From a virus, in the IMG/VR virus record IMGVR_UViG_3300044624_002142, positions 32,001 through 96,000 of that record: a DNA stretch of 64,000 bases, one strand, 5' to 3'. Below the pieces are notes generated by a model. It was not told the origin of the DNA. It did no database searches and saw nothing but the letters and a program-made list of their open reading frames with translations. Both the position numbers and the translations under genes were made by a program. The first letter of the stretch is position 1. The number at the start of each line of letters is the position of its first letter. Below are positions 20,880-30,353 of this stretch, one piece after another.

Positions 20880-22931
20880 ATGAAAAACAAATCTACTATT
20901 CACTCTGACTTTTGGTTGGATGAGTTTGATGACTTTGATGATTCCGTTACGATGGACGATACTACTCGTCTGATTCGTCTCAACATGAATCGTCGTGCTG
21001 TTTCAAATTTTGTTAGTATTCTCACCAGCAAGTCTATTCCTGTCGTTTTTAACGACGAAAACGTAAATGCAACCAATGGAAATATTGTTCATCTATCCGC
21101 TGATATTGAAAAGGCTGAAGACTTTGACAGTACTGTTGGACTTGCCCTACATGAGGGATCTCATATTTTGCTCAGTGATTTTCGATTGATTGCTGATATT
21201 TGGCAGAACGTTCCTCGTAGTCTATATAATATTGCTGAGACTAAAGGTTTCAGCAAAACGGAAGTTGCTTCATATATTAAGACTATATTGAATATTATTG
21301 AAGATAGGTATATTGATAACTTTGTTTACAATTCTGCTCCGGGATATCGTGGTTATTATTTGGCATTGTACGAAAAGTACTTTAATAGTCCACATGTTAA
21401 GACACTGTTGACTACTGATTTGTATCGGTCTACCACGGTTCAGTCGTATGAAGCGAGACTGATCAATCTAATGAATCCTCATACTGATTTGGATGCATTG
21501 CCTGCTTTTAGAAAGATTGCTGAGTGCATTGATGTTGCTAATATCAGCAGACTTAAGACTCCTAAGGACCGTTACGAAGTGGCGTTGCAAGTTTGTGAAA
21601 TGATTTATGAGAATGTTAGTATTGATGACCAACAAAAAGAGAATGAGTCTGCTCAATTGGAAATGAGTGGCAGTGGCAGCAGTAATGAATCTCAAGTTGT
21701 GGTTGTAGTCAATTCCGGATCAGATGATGGTTTTGGTGGAATTGAAACAGAAACAAATCCAGTTGGTACTGACAAGTCTGAAGAAAAGACAAAGAAAGAC
21801 AATGATAAGACGTGCATTTCCAAGAGCAAATTGAAAGCAATTGAGAAGGCTCTTAATAAACAACGTGACTTTTTGTCTGGTAAAATCAAGAAGAAGAAGG
21901 TTAACAGCCGTGAAAATTGTATTCTTGAAGACTTGGAGAAGGCAGGTGTAACTATTGTGAATGTAGGAGCCAATCTAGATGATACTACAGTTATTACTAA
22001 CGGTGTTGACTGTGTAGTCGTGAAGAATTTTACCAAGGAATTTGCTTTGTCAGATAGTTGTCCTTGTGTATTGGTTGATAGGGATAAAAATCCATTTCCA
22101 AAGAATGTTGATGCTGTAAATCGTGGCATTCAACTTGGTAACCTTTTGGGAAAACGTCTTAGTATTCGCAGTGAAATTAACACTACTAAGTATATGAGAA
22201 AGTCTACTGGTAAGATTGATCGTCGTGTACTTTCTGATTTGGGTATTGATAATGAGAATGTTTTTTATCGTATTGACACAGATCAGTATAAGAAAGGATT
22301 CATTCATATTTCAATGGATGCTAGTGGAAGTATGCAACACGCTAATAAGTGGACTAATACAATTACCAGCGTCACTGCTATTTGTAAGGCAGCATCCATG
22401 ATCAGTAACATTCGGGTTAGTGTTAGTATGAGAACTACTGGACAGAATGGTCTTCCATATATTGCTATGGTGTATGATTCTGCCAAGGATTCGTTTAACA
22501 AGGTTCGTACTATTTTTCCGTATCTTTATTGTAACGGAAGTACCCCCGAAGGATTGTGTTATGAAGCCATTATGGATCTACTCAAGGAATGTGGCGAATA
22601 CGAAGACTGTTATTTCCTAAATTTTTCAGATGGCGAACCCACATATAGTTATAATAAAAGTGGTAACTACATGTCTTATGGTCCCAAAAATGGAGGTATT
22701 CATACTCGTAAACAGGTGAATAAGATTCGTGGAAAGGGATATAAGGTGTTGTCATATTTTATTGCAGAAACAGCAATTAATAAAATAAAGGTTGACAGTG
22801 CTAGTTATGGACCGTATGTTTGTTTCAAAACAATGTATGGCGCCGATGCAAGATTTATTGATGTAACTAACATCATTAGTGTTGCTAAGACAATGAATGA
22901 AATGTTTTTGAGCAGTAATAGTAAAATTTAA
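20880..22931 (+). CDS. CobT-like protein: HExxH metallopeptidase-like N-domain, acidic linker, VWA domain
   Basis: 'LALHEGSH', 'NIIEDRYID', MIDAS 'DASGSM'...'GSTPEG'...'SDGEP'; follows AAA+ gene. Confidence 0.85.
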   Translation: MKNKSTIHSDFWLDEFDDFDDSVTMDDTTRLIRLNMNRRAVSNFVSILTSKSIPVVFNDENVNATNGNIVHLSADIEKAEDFDSTVGLALHEGSHILLSDFRLIADIWQNVPRSLYNIAETKGFSKTEVASYIKTILNIIEDRYIDNFVYNSAPGYRGYYLALYEKYFNSPHVKTLLTTDLYRSTTVQSYEARLINLMNPHTDLDALPAFRKIAECIDVANISRLKTPKDRYEVALQVCEMIYENVSIDDQQKENESAQLEMSGSGSSNESQVVVVVNSGSDDGFGGIETETNPVGTDKSEEKTKKDNDKTCISKSKLKAIEKALNKQRDFLSGKIKKKKVNSRENCILEDLEKAGVTIVNVGANLDDTTVITNGVDCVVVKNFTKEFALSDSCPCVLVDRDKNPFPKNVDAVNRGIQLGNLLGKRLSIRSEINTTKYMRKSTGKIDRRVLSDLGIDNENVFYRIDTDQYKKGFIHISMDASGSMQHANKWTNTITSVTAICKAASMISNIRVSVSMRTTGQNGLPYIAMVYDSAKDSFNKVRTIFPYLYCNGSTPEGLCYEAIMDLLKECGEYEDCYFLNFSDGEPTYSYNKSGNYMSYGPKNGGIHTRKQVNKIRGKGYKVLSYFIAETAINKIKVDSASYGPYVCFKTMYGADARFIDVTNIISVAKTMNEMFLSSNSKI

Positions 22932-22958
22932 CAAAAAATAGAAAGGTAAATATATAAC

Positions 22959-23369
22959 ATGAAAAAGACAAATCGACAGAATAAGACAGGACTCAGCGTT
23001 AACTGGCCTAATGGTTTTTATACCATGGATATCAGTGAGTCTCACCCCAACATTACAAACCTCTGGGATCAGAACCGGCATTTTGCCGCTTTGATTACGC
23101 TTCGGGTTCGTCTCACAAACGCACTTGAGGATAATCAAGTTGTTAAGTTGGGTACAATCAAGGGAAGTAAGGGTCGTCCTAAGTTGGTTTTTGCCAACGC
23201 TCCTGTTTCTCAAGAAACCATTGATGCCGCTCGTACTGCAGGAGTTATCCTTGAGGATAACATTCCTAATGTGGTGAATGTTGTTAATGTTAAGCCAACT
23301 GAGATTGAGACTACTGAGAGTGTTGAAACCACGGTTCGTACAGAAACCTACGTTCCTCAGACTGTTTAA
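22959..23369 (+). CDS. Hypothetical protein, possible winged-helix DNA-binding
   Basis: 136 aa; 'KGSKGRPKLVF' wing-like motif. Confidence 0.5.
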   Translation: MKKTNRQNKTGLSVNWPNGFYTMDISESHPNITNLWDQNRHFAALITLRVRLTNALEDNQVVKLGTIKGSKGRPKLVFANAPVSQETIDAARTAGVILEDNIPNVVNVVNVKPTEIETTESVETTVRTETYVPQTV

Positions 23370-23426
23370 AATAAAGATGGTGGTGTCATTTTCTTCTATG
23401 TATATGAGTTGTAAAAACTCATTACT

Positions 23427-23708
23427 ATGAAGAGAAAACATTACTATTATTTTGAATTGGCTAAGGGAGATGGTTATCTTTTATATGATGGGGAGAATCT
23501 AATAAAATTAGATTCTCCTCTTTCTATTGGCGATGAACGTGAAGTTAAGAATGCAGTAACTAAACTTCCTAAAGATAAAAACGGTAAAATGCCAATTGTG
23601 ACTTATTCTGAACTAACAGATGTTAAGATATCATCATCTAAGATAGTGTTTGACTTTAAGCGTGGTACTACTATAGACTTTGAAGAACGAAACAAAAAGA
23701 AAACCTAA
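23427..23708 (+). CDS. Hypothetical protein
   Basis: 93-aa ORF, TAATG overlap with next gene. Confidence 0.55.
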   Translation: MKRKHYYYFELAKGDGYLLYDGENLIKLDSPLSIGDEREVKNAVTKLPKDKNGKMPIVTYSELTDVKISSSKIVFDFKRGTTIDFEERNKKKT

Positions 23709-24883
23709 TGAATCAATTTTTCCAAATAGACGATTTTCCATATGACGTAGAAAAACAAAAGTTCATAGACAATATGAACTATTTGAAGTCTATGAGCGTA
23801 GAAGAAGCTACGTTTTATAAGAAATGGGAAGAGGTCAGAGAATATCGTAACTTTGCGTCCCGATCAGATGATGTTAAGTATAAAATCTGGAAGCCAACTG
23901 ATATTTACAATGAAGAATTGACGTTGAAAGAATTGGATGAATTGAATCCTACTATGGTTCATGTTGAAACGGAACAACAAGAATTGGATTGGTTGATGTT
24001 GCGTGTATTTTGTCATACGATGGAGTTTAGTCAAACTCCGGGTAGGTTTTTGAAGTTTCTCATCACAGACGGTAACAGTGAGCGCACACGGTACCTAGGA
24101 GCGGTTTCTGTATCAAGTGACGTTATTACCATTACGGATCGTGACAAGTATATTGGATGGACTCCAAAGAACAAGTTGGAAGAGGGCAAATTGACGCATA
24201 GTGCGATTGGAAGTTGTATTATGAGTACTCAGCCGTTTGGATATAATTTTTTAGGTGGTAAGTTGGTTGCGTGTTTGGTCACATCATCTGTGGTTAGAGA
24301 TGTTTGGAAGAAACTTTATAATCAAACTTTGGTTGGCATGACTACTACTAGTTTATATGGTAGTTATAGTATGTATAATAGTTTGAAATGGTGGCACAAG
24401 TGTGGTACAAGTACTGGTAAAATACCTATTAAGCCAGACGACCATGTATATCAGATTTGGCATGATTGGATCAAGGAGAACAAATCTGAGGAATATACCA
24501 AGAAAATGACACAAAAGGATGATGTGTCTGGACCAGTAACAGGTGCTAAACAGCGAGTTATAAGCATGATATTTCAGGAATTGAATATTAAAACTCAAAA
24601 TTATGTTCATGGGTATGAGCGTGGTGTCTACTATAGTAGTTTTTATGAAAATACCAAGGAATTCTTACAAAACAAGGTAAATGAAGACCAACTGGTGATG
24701 AAAAAGTTGTTTTTTGATGATAAAAAGGCTATTTTGGACTGGTGGAAAGTAAAAGCCAAAGATAGATATTTGAAATTGAAGTCTGAAAATAACCTTAAGA
24801 AGGACATATTGTACTATAACTCTATAATGGATATGTCATATAACACCGCTAAGAGTAATTTTTTTCAAGAGGTTGGTAGATAA
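23708..24883 (+). CDS. DUF4338 / DruA-like (Mom/GNAT-like fold) protein
   Basis: 'PGRFLKFLI', 'RDKYIGW', 'QPFGYNFLGGKLVACL', 'TTTSLYG..SMYN', 'GTSTG'. Confidence 0.7.
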   Translation: MNQFFQIDDFPYDVEKQKFIDNMNYLKSMSVEEATFYKKWEEVREYRNFASRSDDVKYKIWKPTDIYNEELTLKELDELNPTMVHVETEQQELDWLMLRVFCHTMEFSQTPGRFLKFLITDGNSERTRYLGAVSVSSDVITITDRDKYIGWTPKNKLEEGKLTHSAIGSCIMSTQPFGYNFLGGKLVACLVTSSVVRDVWKKLYNQTLVGMTTTSLYGSYSMYNSLKWWHKCGTSTGKIPIKPDDHVYQIWHDWIKENKSEEYTKKMTQKDDVSGPVTGAKQRVISMIFQELNIKTQNYVHGYERGVYYSSFYENTKEFLQNKVNEDQLVMKKLFFDDKKAILDWWKVKAKDRYLKLKSENNLKKDILYYNSIMDMSYNTAKSNFFQEVGR

Positions 24884-24919
24884 GTTTATATTTATATAGC
24901 ACAAGAAACAGGATTTTTT

Positions 24920-25549
24920 GTGTTAGACTTTATTTCTTATAACAGATTCAATACGTTTATTGATCGTTTAGTCACAGTACGTACTACTGTGACTTCTACG
25001 TCTTACGTAGATAACTCTCCAAATGATTTGTTTACCAGTCCAACTGGTACAATTCTTCAAAAGAGAGGAAATGTATTTTCATATAAATATCCAGGCGATT
25101 CTGACTTTACTACTATCAATTATGCCAATAATTCGATAGAAAAACTGTGTAAGAAATATGAGGTGTTATTAAGTGGCGGGGTTAATAGAAATGTAACTTG
25201 GATTAAAACGGATAATAGTCCTAATAAAACGTGGGCAAATCGTGGTGTTAGTGTACAAGAGTGTATTATTTGTGAAATAGCACCTTCAGCACCATGTGCA
25301 ACACCTATTGTTACATATATAATTCCTACGTATCCAATTCCTACGTATCCATTGCCAAATTGTTGTGGTGATTTGGGTGATTCTGTGACTATCAATACAT
25401 TGAGAGTTACTACGTTGATTGTAGACAGCACTACAGATTGTCCTCCATCAACGGCTGGAACGTATGGACAAATCTCAGTTTGTGAAAATTATTTATATAT
25501 TTACGACAGTGCTGGATGGAAACGCTTTGAACTTTCTAATTATTATTGA
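24920..25549 (+). CDS. Putative virion/fibre-associated Cys-rich protein
   Basis: C-terminal 'STAGTYGQISVCENYLYIYDSAGWKRFEL' fibre-type module; TATTTATA upstream; GTG start. Confidence 0.5.
   Translation: MLDFISYNRFNTFIDRLVTVRTTVTSTSYVDNSPNDLFTSPTGTILQKRGNVFSYKYPGDSDFTTINYANNSIEKLCKKYEVLLSGGVNRNVTWIKTDNSPNKTWANRGVSVQECIICEIAPSAPCATPIVTYIIPTYPIPTYPLPNCCGDLGDSVTINTLRVTTLIVDSTTDCPPSTAGTYGQISVCENYLYIYDSAGWKRFELSNYY
25321..25350 (+). repeat. Perfect 15-bp tandem duplication (encodes IPTYP x2)
   Basis: AATTCCTACGTATCC repeated twice. Confidence 0.9.
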
Positions 25550-25551
25550 TT

Positions 25552-25743
25552 ATGGCAGACACATGTGATGAAATTATAGCGGGAACTGCGACAATCACAA
25601 CATTAATTGTGAATGATCCGGGTTCTTGTACACCTACACCAAGTACTGCTGGTACGTTTGGACAGATTATTGTTTGTGAAAATTACATTTATGTCTACGA
25701 CGGCGTTCAATGGAAACGTGGTGAGTTGAGCGTATTTTCATAA
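25552..25743 (+). CDS. Small paralog of the C-terminal module of the upstream gene
   Basis: 'TTLIV...STAGTFGQIIVCENYIYVYDGVQWKRGELS' closely matches the upstream C-terminus. Confidence 0.7.
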   Translation: MADTCDEIIAGTATITTLIVNDPGSCTPTPSTAGTFGQIIVCENYIYVYDGVQWKRGELSVFS

Positions 25744-25750
25744 AAAATAC

Positions 25751-25779
25751 TTTACATAGAACTTTACGCATGATAAAGT
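25751..25779 (+). promoter_or_regulatory. Putative sigma70-like promoter of uvsE
   Basis: TTTACA-17nt-TAAAGT with TGn extension. Confidence 0.45.
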
Positions 25780-25785
25780 ATTGTC

Positions 25786-26733
25786 ATGCGTAATTTACGT
25801 TTCGGACTTTGTTGTATTTCCCTCAAACTTCAAGAACAGGGAATTCAATCATCTACCATGACTAAAACTCGTTTCCTTCAATTGGAACGAGTCAACGCCG
25901 AACGTATTGTTGCGGATCGGACCCTAAACAACGTAGTTGTAACACGTAAAACCCTAGAGTATTGTGTGTCTCGTAAGTGGAATTACCGTATCAGTAGCGG
26001 TATGATGCCGTTGGAAACACTTCCAGAAGCAAATCTTTCAATTGAAACCACTTACAACTTTGACAAAATCAAACGTGAGTTTGAATTGTGTGCATCTGTA
26101 ATCAAACAAAATAACATTCGTTGTTCGACACATCCCGATCAATTTGTGGTTCCTGCTAGCGCAAATCCCAATGTAGTTCAAAAATCTGTTATTGAGTTGA
26201 AAGCTCATGGAAAAATGATGGATTATCTAGGACTTCCACAATCTTATGATGCACCTATCAATATTCATATGAATTGTTTCAAAGGTGCTGATATAAAAGA
26301 CATCGCAAAGCGTTTTATTGACGTATACAACGATCTTCCTGTGAATGTGAAGAGTAGATTGGTTTTGGAAAACGAAGACAAGCCTAACAGTTGGAATGTG
26401 GAACAACTGTATGAACATGTTTATCAACAGACTGGAATTCCCATTACTTACGACAATTTGCACTTTCGGTGTAATCCGGGTCGTCAAACTGCCGACGAAG
26501 CAATTTCTATGGCAAAAAACACATGGCAACAATATGTTCCGTTGTTTCATTTTAGTGATAACGACCCCACTGAAAAAAACGTGCGTGCTCATGGATATTA
26601 TGTCACGTCATTTCCCGAAGAATTTCATAATGCCAATTGTCCGTTGGATTTGGAAATGGAGTTTAAAGCCAAAGATTACGCTATTGAAAAGTTTCAAATC
26701 GAATTCAATAAAAAAATGAATTTAGTTGACTAA
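25786..26733 (+). CDS. uvsE: UV-damage endonuclease (UvsE/UVDE)
   Basis: 'YRISSGMMP', 'STHPDQF', 'INIH', 'RLVLENED', 'YDNLH', 'FHFS', 'RAH', 'EFKAKD'. Confidence 0.92.
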   Translation: MRNLRFGLCCISLKLQEQGIQSSTMTKTRFLQLERVNAERIVADRTLNNVVVTRKTLEYCVSRKWNYRISSGMMPLETLPEANLSIETTYNFDKIKREFELCASVIKQNNIRCSTHPDQFVVPASANPNVVQKSVIELKAHGKMMDYLGLPQSYDAPINIHMNCFKGADIKDIAKRFIDVYNDLPVNVKSRLVLENEDKPNSWNVEQLYEHVYQQTGIPITYDNLHFRCNPGRQTADEAISMAKNTWQQYVPLFHFSDNDPTEKNVRAHGYYVTSFPEEFHNANCPLDLEMEFKAKDYAIEKFQIEFNKKMNLVD

Positions 26734-26753
26734 GACAATAGTTATGATATGAT
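26726..26753 (+). promoter_or_regulatory. Putative sigma70-like promoter
   Basis: TTGACT-16nt-TATGAT with TGn extension. Confidence 0.5.
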
Positions 26754-26806
26754 AGAGGTAAGTTAGTTCTAAAACTAATGAAATAAATAAAAAATATAAA
26801 AGTTAT

Positions 26807-27043
26807 ATGAAGATTATTAATGATTCACGTCGTAAGACGTATTTTGTTCAACGAAAGAATACAACAATTAACACTTATATTGCTGGCCCAACGAATGGCG
26901 CACATCGTGCGACTCGTATGACTATTCAGTCGGGAAAGACTCGATTGGATCTTAACGGTCGTCAGATTCGAGCAATTCGTGAAGTACTTGATGCAAGTAA
27001 GAATGTTGCTGGTGTTCGTACTCGTAAGAACGTTAAGAAGTAA
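26807..27043 (+). CDS. Small basic hypothetical protein
   Basis: 78 aa, Arg/Lys-rich, behind a promoter and A-rich leader. Confidence 0.65.
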   Translation: MKIINDSRRKTYFVQRKNTTINTYIAGPTNGAHRATRMTIQSGKTRLDLNGRQIRAIREVLDASKNVAGVRTRKNVKK

Positions 27044-27062
27044 ACACTAAATTATAGAGAGT

Positions 27063-27209
27063 ATGGGAAAGACTTATAGACGCAATTCGGATTCTTTTGA
27101 ACGTAAGCGTAAGAATAAAAATCGGATGGAAAACTTCAAAGGAAAGTCTAAACCGATGAAATTTGACAAAAATCGTATTTCTGGAAAAGACGACGAAGAA
27201 TATGCTTAA
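27063..27209 (+). CDS. Small basic protein (48 aa, not in ORF track)
   Basis: MGKTYRRNSDSFERKRKNKN...GKDDEEYA*, fills the gap and overlaps the next ATG. Confidence 0.55.
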   Translation: MGKTYRRNSDSFERKRKNKNRMENFKGKSKPMKFDKNRISGKDDEEYA

Positions 27210-27519
27210 AAAGATTATAATTACACTATTAGTAATATTATCTTTGTTAACCTATAAGTTTCAATCACTGATACCACTGGGATTTATTCTGGTGGTATTT
27301 TATTTGGCACAGGTCGATAAGATGTTACTGATCAATAAAAATATTATTGATGAAAATACAGTTCACACTAATAAGGTTATAACAACTTTACTAAACAATC
27401 AAAAAGTGTTATTGTCAGATCTTAAACTGTTAAGAAACGAAATCAATAAAAACCATAAGAATGGCAACAAAAAAATCATCAGTAAAGAAGTCAAAAAAGG
27501 AATTGACAGACAACAGTAA
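27202..27519 (+). CDS. Hypothetical membrane protein with coiled-coil tail
   Basis: Two N-terminal hydrophobic segments from ATG 27202. Confidence 0.55.
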   Translation: MLKKIIITLLVILSLLTYKFQSLIPLGFILVVFYLAQVDKMLLINKNIIDENTVHTNKVITTLLNNQKVLLSDLKLLRNEINKNHKNGNKKIISKEVKKGIDRQQ

Positions 27520-27976
27520 TGTACCAAAAGCATTAGGTTTGTTTGATCATGTCAATCACATTCGTGGTGTACAAAACCCAAAATATTTTTCAACACTGAG
27601 TGATGCTGATAAAAAGAGTTTTACTCATGTGATGTTGATGAAGTTTTTGTCAATGGATCGTAATGCTCTTGATTCACTTTCTTATATTGGAAAGTATCAA
27701 GATAGTATGCCCTCTGAAAATTTTTATACTGTATTGACGGCTATAGTACCACGTACCAATCAGTTTCATAAGTATATTAAAGCGGCTAAGAACAATTACG
27801 ATGACGAGTTTTACAAACTATTGGCGAGGTGGTATGAATGTTCATCATCAGAAGCAGAAGAATATTCTGAGATTCTTGGACAAACGGATGATGGAATCAA
27901 AGAAATGATCAATATATGTAAAGCATATGGTTTGACGGATGGTGAAGTAGAAAAGTTAATGACTAATGAAAAATAA
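27461..27976 (+). CDS. Clamp loader small subunit (T4 gp62-like)
   Basis: 'LFDHVNHI','KFLSMD','VPRTNQFHKYIK','WYECSSSEAEEYSEIL' match the gp62 pattern. Confidence 0.6.
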   Translation: MATKKSSVKKSKKELTDNSNVPKALGLFDHVNHIRGVQNPKYFSTLSDADKKSFTHVMLMKFLSMDRNALDSLSYIGKYQDSMPSENFYTVLTAIVPRTNQFHKYIKAAKNNYDDEFYKLLARWYECSSSEAEEYSEILGQTDDGIKEMINICKAYGLTDGEVEKLMTNEK

Positions 27977-28631
27977 ACTTTATATTGGAATATCAGGAGT
28001 AGCAAGATCTGGAAAAAATCTGTTTTGCGACATTTCTAAGAAAATTATATCTGAAAAATATGGATTGACATGTAGTTCATATGCACTTGCATTTTCTTTA
28101 AAGAACGATTGTAAAGAGTTTGTCAAAGATAAATTGGGATTGGATGTATTTACAGAAGAGACTGAAGAAAAAAAGATCTTTAGAGAAATGCTTGTTTGGT
28201 ATGGTGATGTCAAACGTAAACAATCACATGGACGGTATTGGACTGAAAAGCTTCAATCTGAAATGGAAAAGGATGATTCTGATGTTATTTTTATAACTGA
28301 CATACGTTATAACTTTTATCCTAAAGATGAGGTATATTGGATCAACAATGATTTGAACGGTAAGTTGATTCACATATCAAAATACACATATGGTTTCCCT
28401 ACTGATGGTAGACGTATTCGTGGTGATATTGCTAATACAAATCAAAAGATTTGGGTAGAACCTGTCAATGATCATGAACGATGGAACGATCCGAAGGTTA
28501 AGGCTGAAGCTGATTATGTTGTCGAATGGCCTCATGTAAAATCAGAAGGTAAAACTTATCAAGATATAATTAATGATGATCAATTAAATAAGATAATATC
28601 ACCTATATATGAACGTATATTTTCCGTATGA
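27966..28631 (+). CDS. Deoxynucleoside monophosphate kinase (T4 gp1-like)
   Basis: P-loop 'GISGVARSGK', 'ALAFSLK', 'REMLVWYG', 'ITDIRY'. Confidence 0.8.
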   Translation: MKNKLYIGISGVARSGKNLFCDISKKIISEKYGLTCSSYALAFSLKNDCKEFVKDKLGLDVFTEETEEKKIFREMLVWYGDVKRKQSHGRYWTEKLQSEMEKDDSDVIFITDIRYNFYPKDEVYWINNDLNGKLIHISKYTYGFPTDGRRIRGDIANTNQKIWVEPVNDHERWNDPKVKAEADYVVEWPHVKSEGKTYQDIINDDQLNKIISPIYERIFSV

Positions 28632-29470
28632 AAGGTATTATTTTATCAGGCGGTACAGGATCTAGGTTATATCCATTGACAACAGTTGTTAATAAACAAT
28701 TGTTGCCGGTATATGATAAACCGATGATTTATTATCCACTATCAACATTAATTTCTTGTGGAATCAAAGATATTTGCATCATATCATCATATGATTTTCT
28801 TCCATTGTACCAAAAGTTATTTGGTGATGGTGAACATTTAGGATTGAATCTGACCTACAAGGTACAACCAAAACCGGATGGTATTGCACAATCGTTTTTG
28901 ATTGCTGAAGACTTTATTGGTAACGACAGTGTTTGTTTGATTTTGGGTGACAATGTGTTTCACGGATTCAACCGTATGAAGGTCGATTTCACCGGTGCGG
29001 TAATATTTGCTTATAAAGTAAACAATCCTCAAGAATATGGTGTAATTGAGTTTGATTCTAACGGCAAAGCGTTGTCTATTGAAGAGAAACCAAAGATGCC
29101 TAAAAGCAAATATGCGGTTCCTGGCCTATATTTTTACGACAATAATGTAATTGAATATTCTAGAATATTGAAACCTTCCAAACGTGGTGAATATGAGATC
29201 ACCGATATCAACCGTAGATATATGGAAGAGGGGAATTTGAATGTAGTAAAAATGCCAAAAGGTACGGTTTGGTTGGATGCAGGGTCACCAACAACATTGG
29301 GACAAGCAAGTAATTATGTACAGACTGTACAAGACCGTCAAGGATGTAAAATTGCATGTATTGAAGAAGAGTGTTTAAATCAAAAATTTATCGATCAAAC
29401 ACAATTTGTTAAATTGATAGAAAAAACGCCAAAATCGGAATATAGAAATTATTTAGAATCTGTCATATGA
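28628..29470 (+). CDS. rmlA: Glucose-1-phosphate thymidylyltransferase
   Basis: 'GIILSGGTGSRLYPLT..NKQLLPVYDKPMIYYPL', 'LILGDN', 'EEKP', 'RGEYEITD', 'WLDAG'. Confidence 0.95.
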   Translation: MKGIILSGGTGSRLYPLTTVVNKQLLPVYDKPMIYYPLSTLISCGIKDICIISSYDFLPLYQKLFGDGEHLGLNLTYKVQPKPDGIAQSFLIAEDFIGNDSVCLILGDNVFHGFNRMKVDFTGAVIFAYKVNNPQEYGVIEFDSNGKALSIEEKPKMPKSKYAVPGLYFYDNNVIEYSRILKPSKRGEYEITDINRRYMEEGNLNVVKMPKGTVWLDAGSPTTLGQASNYVQTVQDRQGCKIACIEEECLNQKFIDQTQFVKLIEKTPKSEYRNYLESVI

Positions 29471-29485
29471 TATATATGAACAGTT

Positions 29486-30352
29486 ATGATTTTACTATTA
29501 GGCGCATCTGGTTATATTGGCCACGAATTCAATAAACAATTATTTCAAAACGGTCTTCCAGTTAGAACGTGTTCAACTCCTACCAAGGAGTTGACGTATA
29601 CTCATTTGGATCTGTTACATAAAACATTAAAGTTAACAACTATAGTTAACTGTGCTGGATATACAGGCAAACCAAATGTGGATGCTTGTGAAACTGATAA
29701 ACACAATACCATTTATGGAAACGTTGTAGTTCCAGAGATGTTATCAATATTTTGCCGTAACAACGGAATTTTACTTGGACATGTATCGTCTGGGTGTATT
29801 TATACAGGACGTAGATCAGATGGTACGCCATTCACTGAAAACGACCGTCCAAACTTTAGTTTTGAACAAAACAATTGTAGTTTTTATAGCGGAACTAAAG
29901 CACTTGCTGAGGATGTCATTCGACACAATTGGGGCAATCATTATATTTGGAGACTACGTATTCCATTTGAAGAAAAACACAATCCTCGAAACTATTTGTC
30001 CAAGATGTTGAATTATAAGAAACTTTTGGATGCTGAAAACTCTATATCTAATAAACAAGATTTTGTTAACGCTTGTGTACAAACTCTTGTTAAAAAGGTT
30101 CCATACGGAACATATAATGTTACAAATACTGGTTTTGTGACTACTAAACAAGTTATTGAAAAGATGCAAAAAACAATTGCTAAAGACAAGATCTTTGAGT
30201 TTTTTGACAATGAAGATGACTTTTATAAAACGGCTGTAAAAACACCACGTTCAAACTGTGTGATGAGTAATCAAAAGTTGTTGAATGTGGGAATTAAAAT
30301 GAGAACCGTGGATGAAGCATTGGATAATTGTTTAGAAAATTGGAAAGAATAA
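29486..30352 (+). CDS. NDP-4-keto-6-deoxyglucose epimerase/reductase (RmlD-fold, NRS/ER-type)
   Basis: 'LLGASGYIG', 'AGYTGKPNVDACE', 'SSGCIY', 'SFYSGTK', 'RLRIP'. Confidence 0.8.
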   Translation: MILLLGASGYIGHEFNKQLFQNGLPVRTCSTPTKELTYTHLDLLHKTLKLTTIVNCAGYTGKPNVDACETDKHNTIYGNVVVPEMLSIFCRNNGILLGHVSSGCIYTGRRSDGTPFTENDRPNFSFEQNNCSFYSGTKALAEDVIRHNWGNHYIWRLRIPFEEKHNPRNYLSKMLNYKKLLDAENSISNKQDFVNACVQTLVKKVPYGTYNVTNTGFVTTKQVIEKMQKTIAKDKIFEFFDNEDDFYKTAVKTPRSNCVMSNQKLLNVGIKMRTVDEALDNCLENWKE

Positions 30353-30353
30353 T

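Noticed and set aside
19885-22931. Cobalamin biosynthesis (CobS/CobT)
   Set aside because: No cobN or other cob genes; a generic phage MoxR-VWA pair is more likely
14079-23441. Long antisense ORFs (14079..14675, 15961..16557, 19903..20577, 22752..23441)
   Set aside because: Shadows of well-supported plus-strand genes with no recognisable motifs
23708-24883. Complete Druantia defence system
   Set aside because: No DruE helicase or other partner genes nearby
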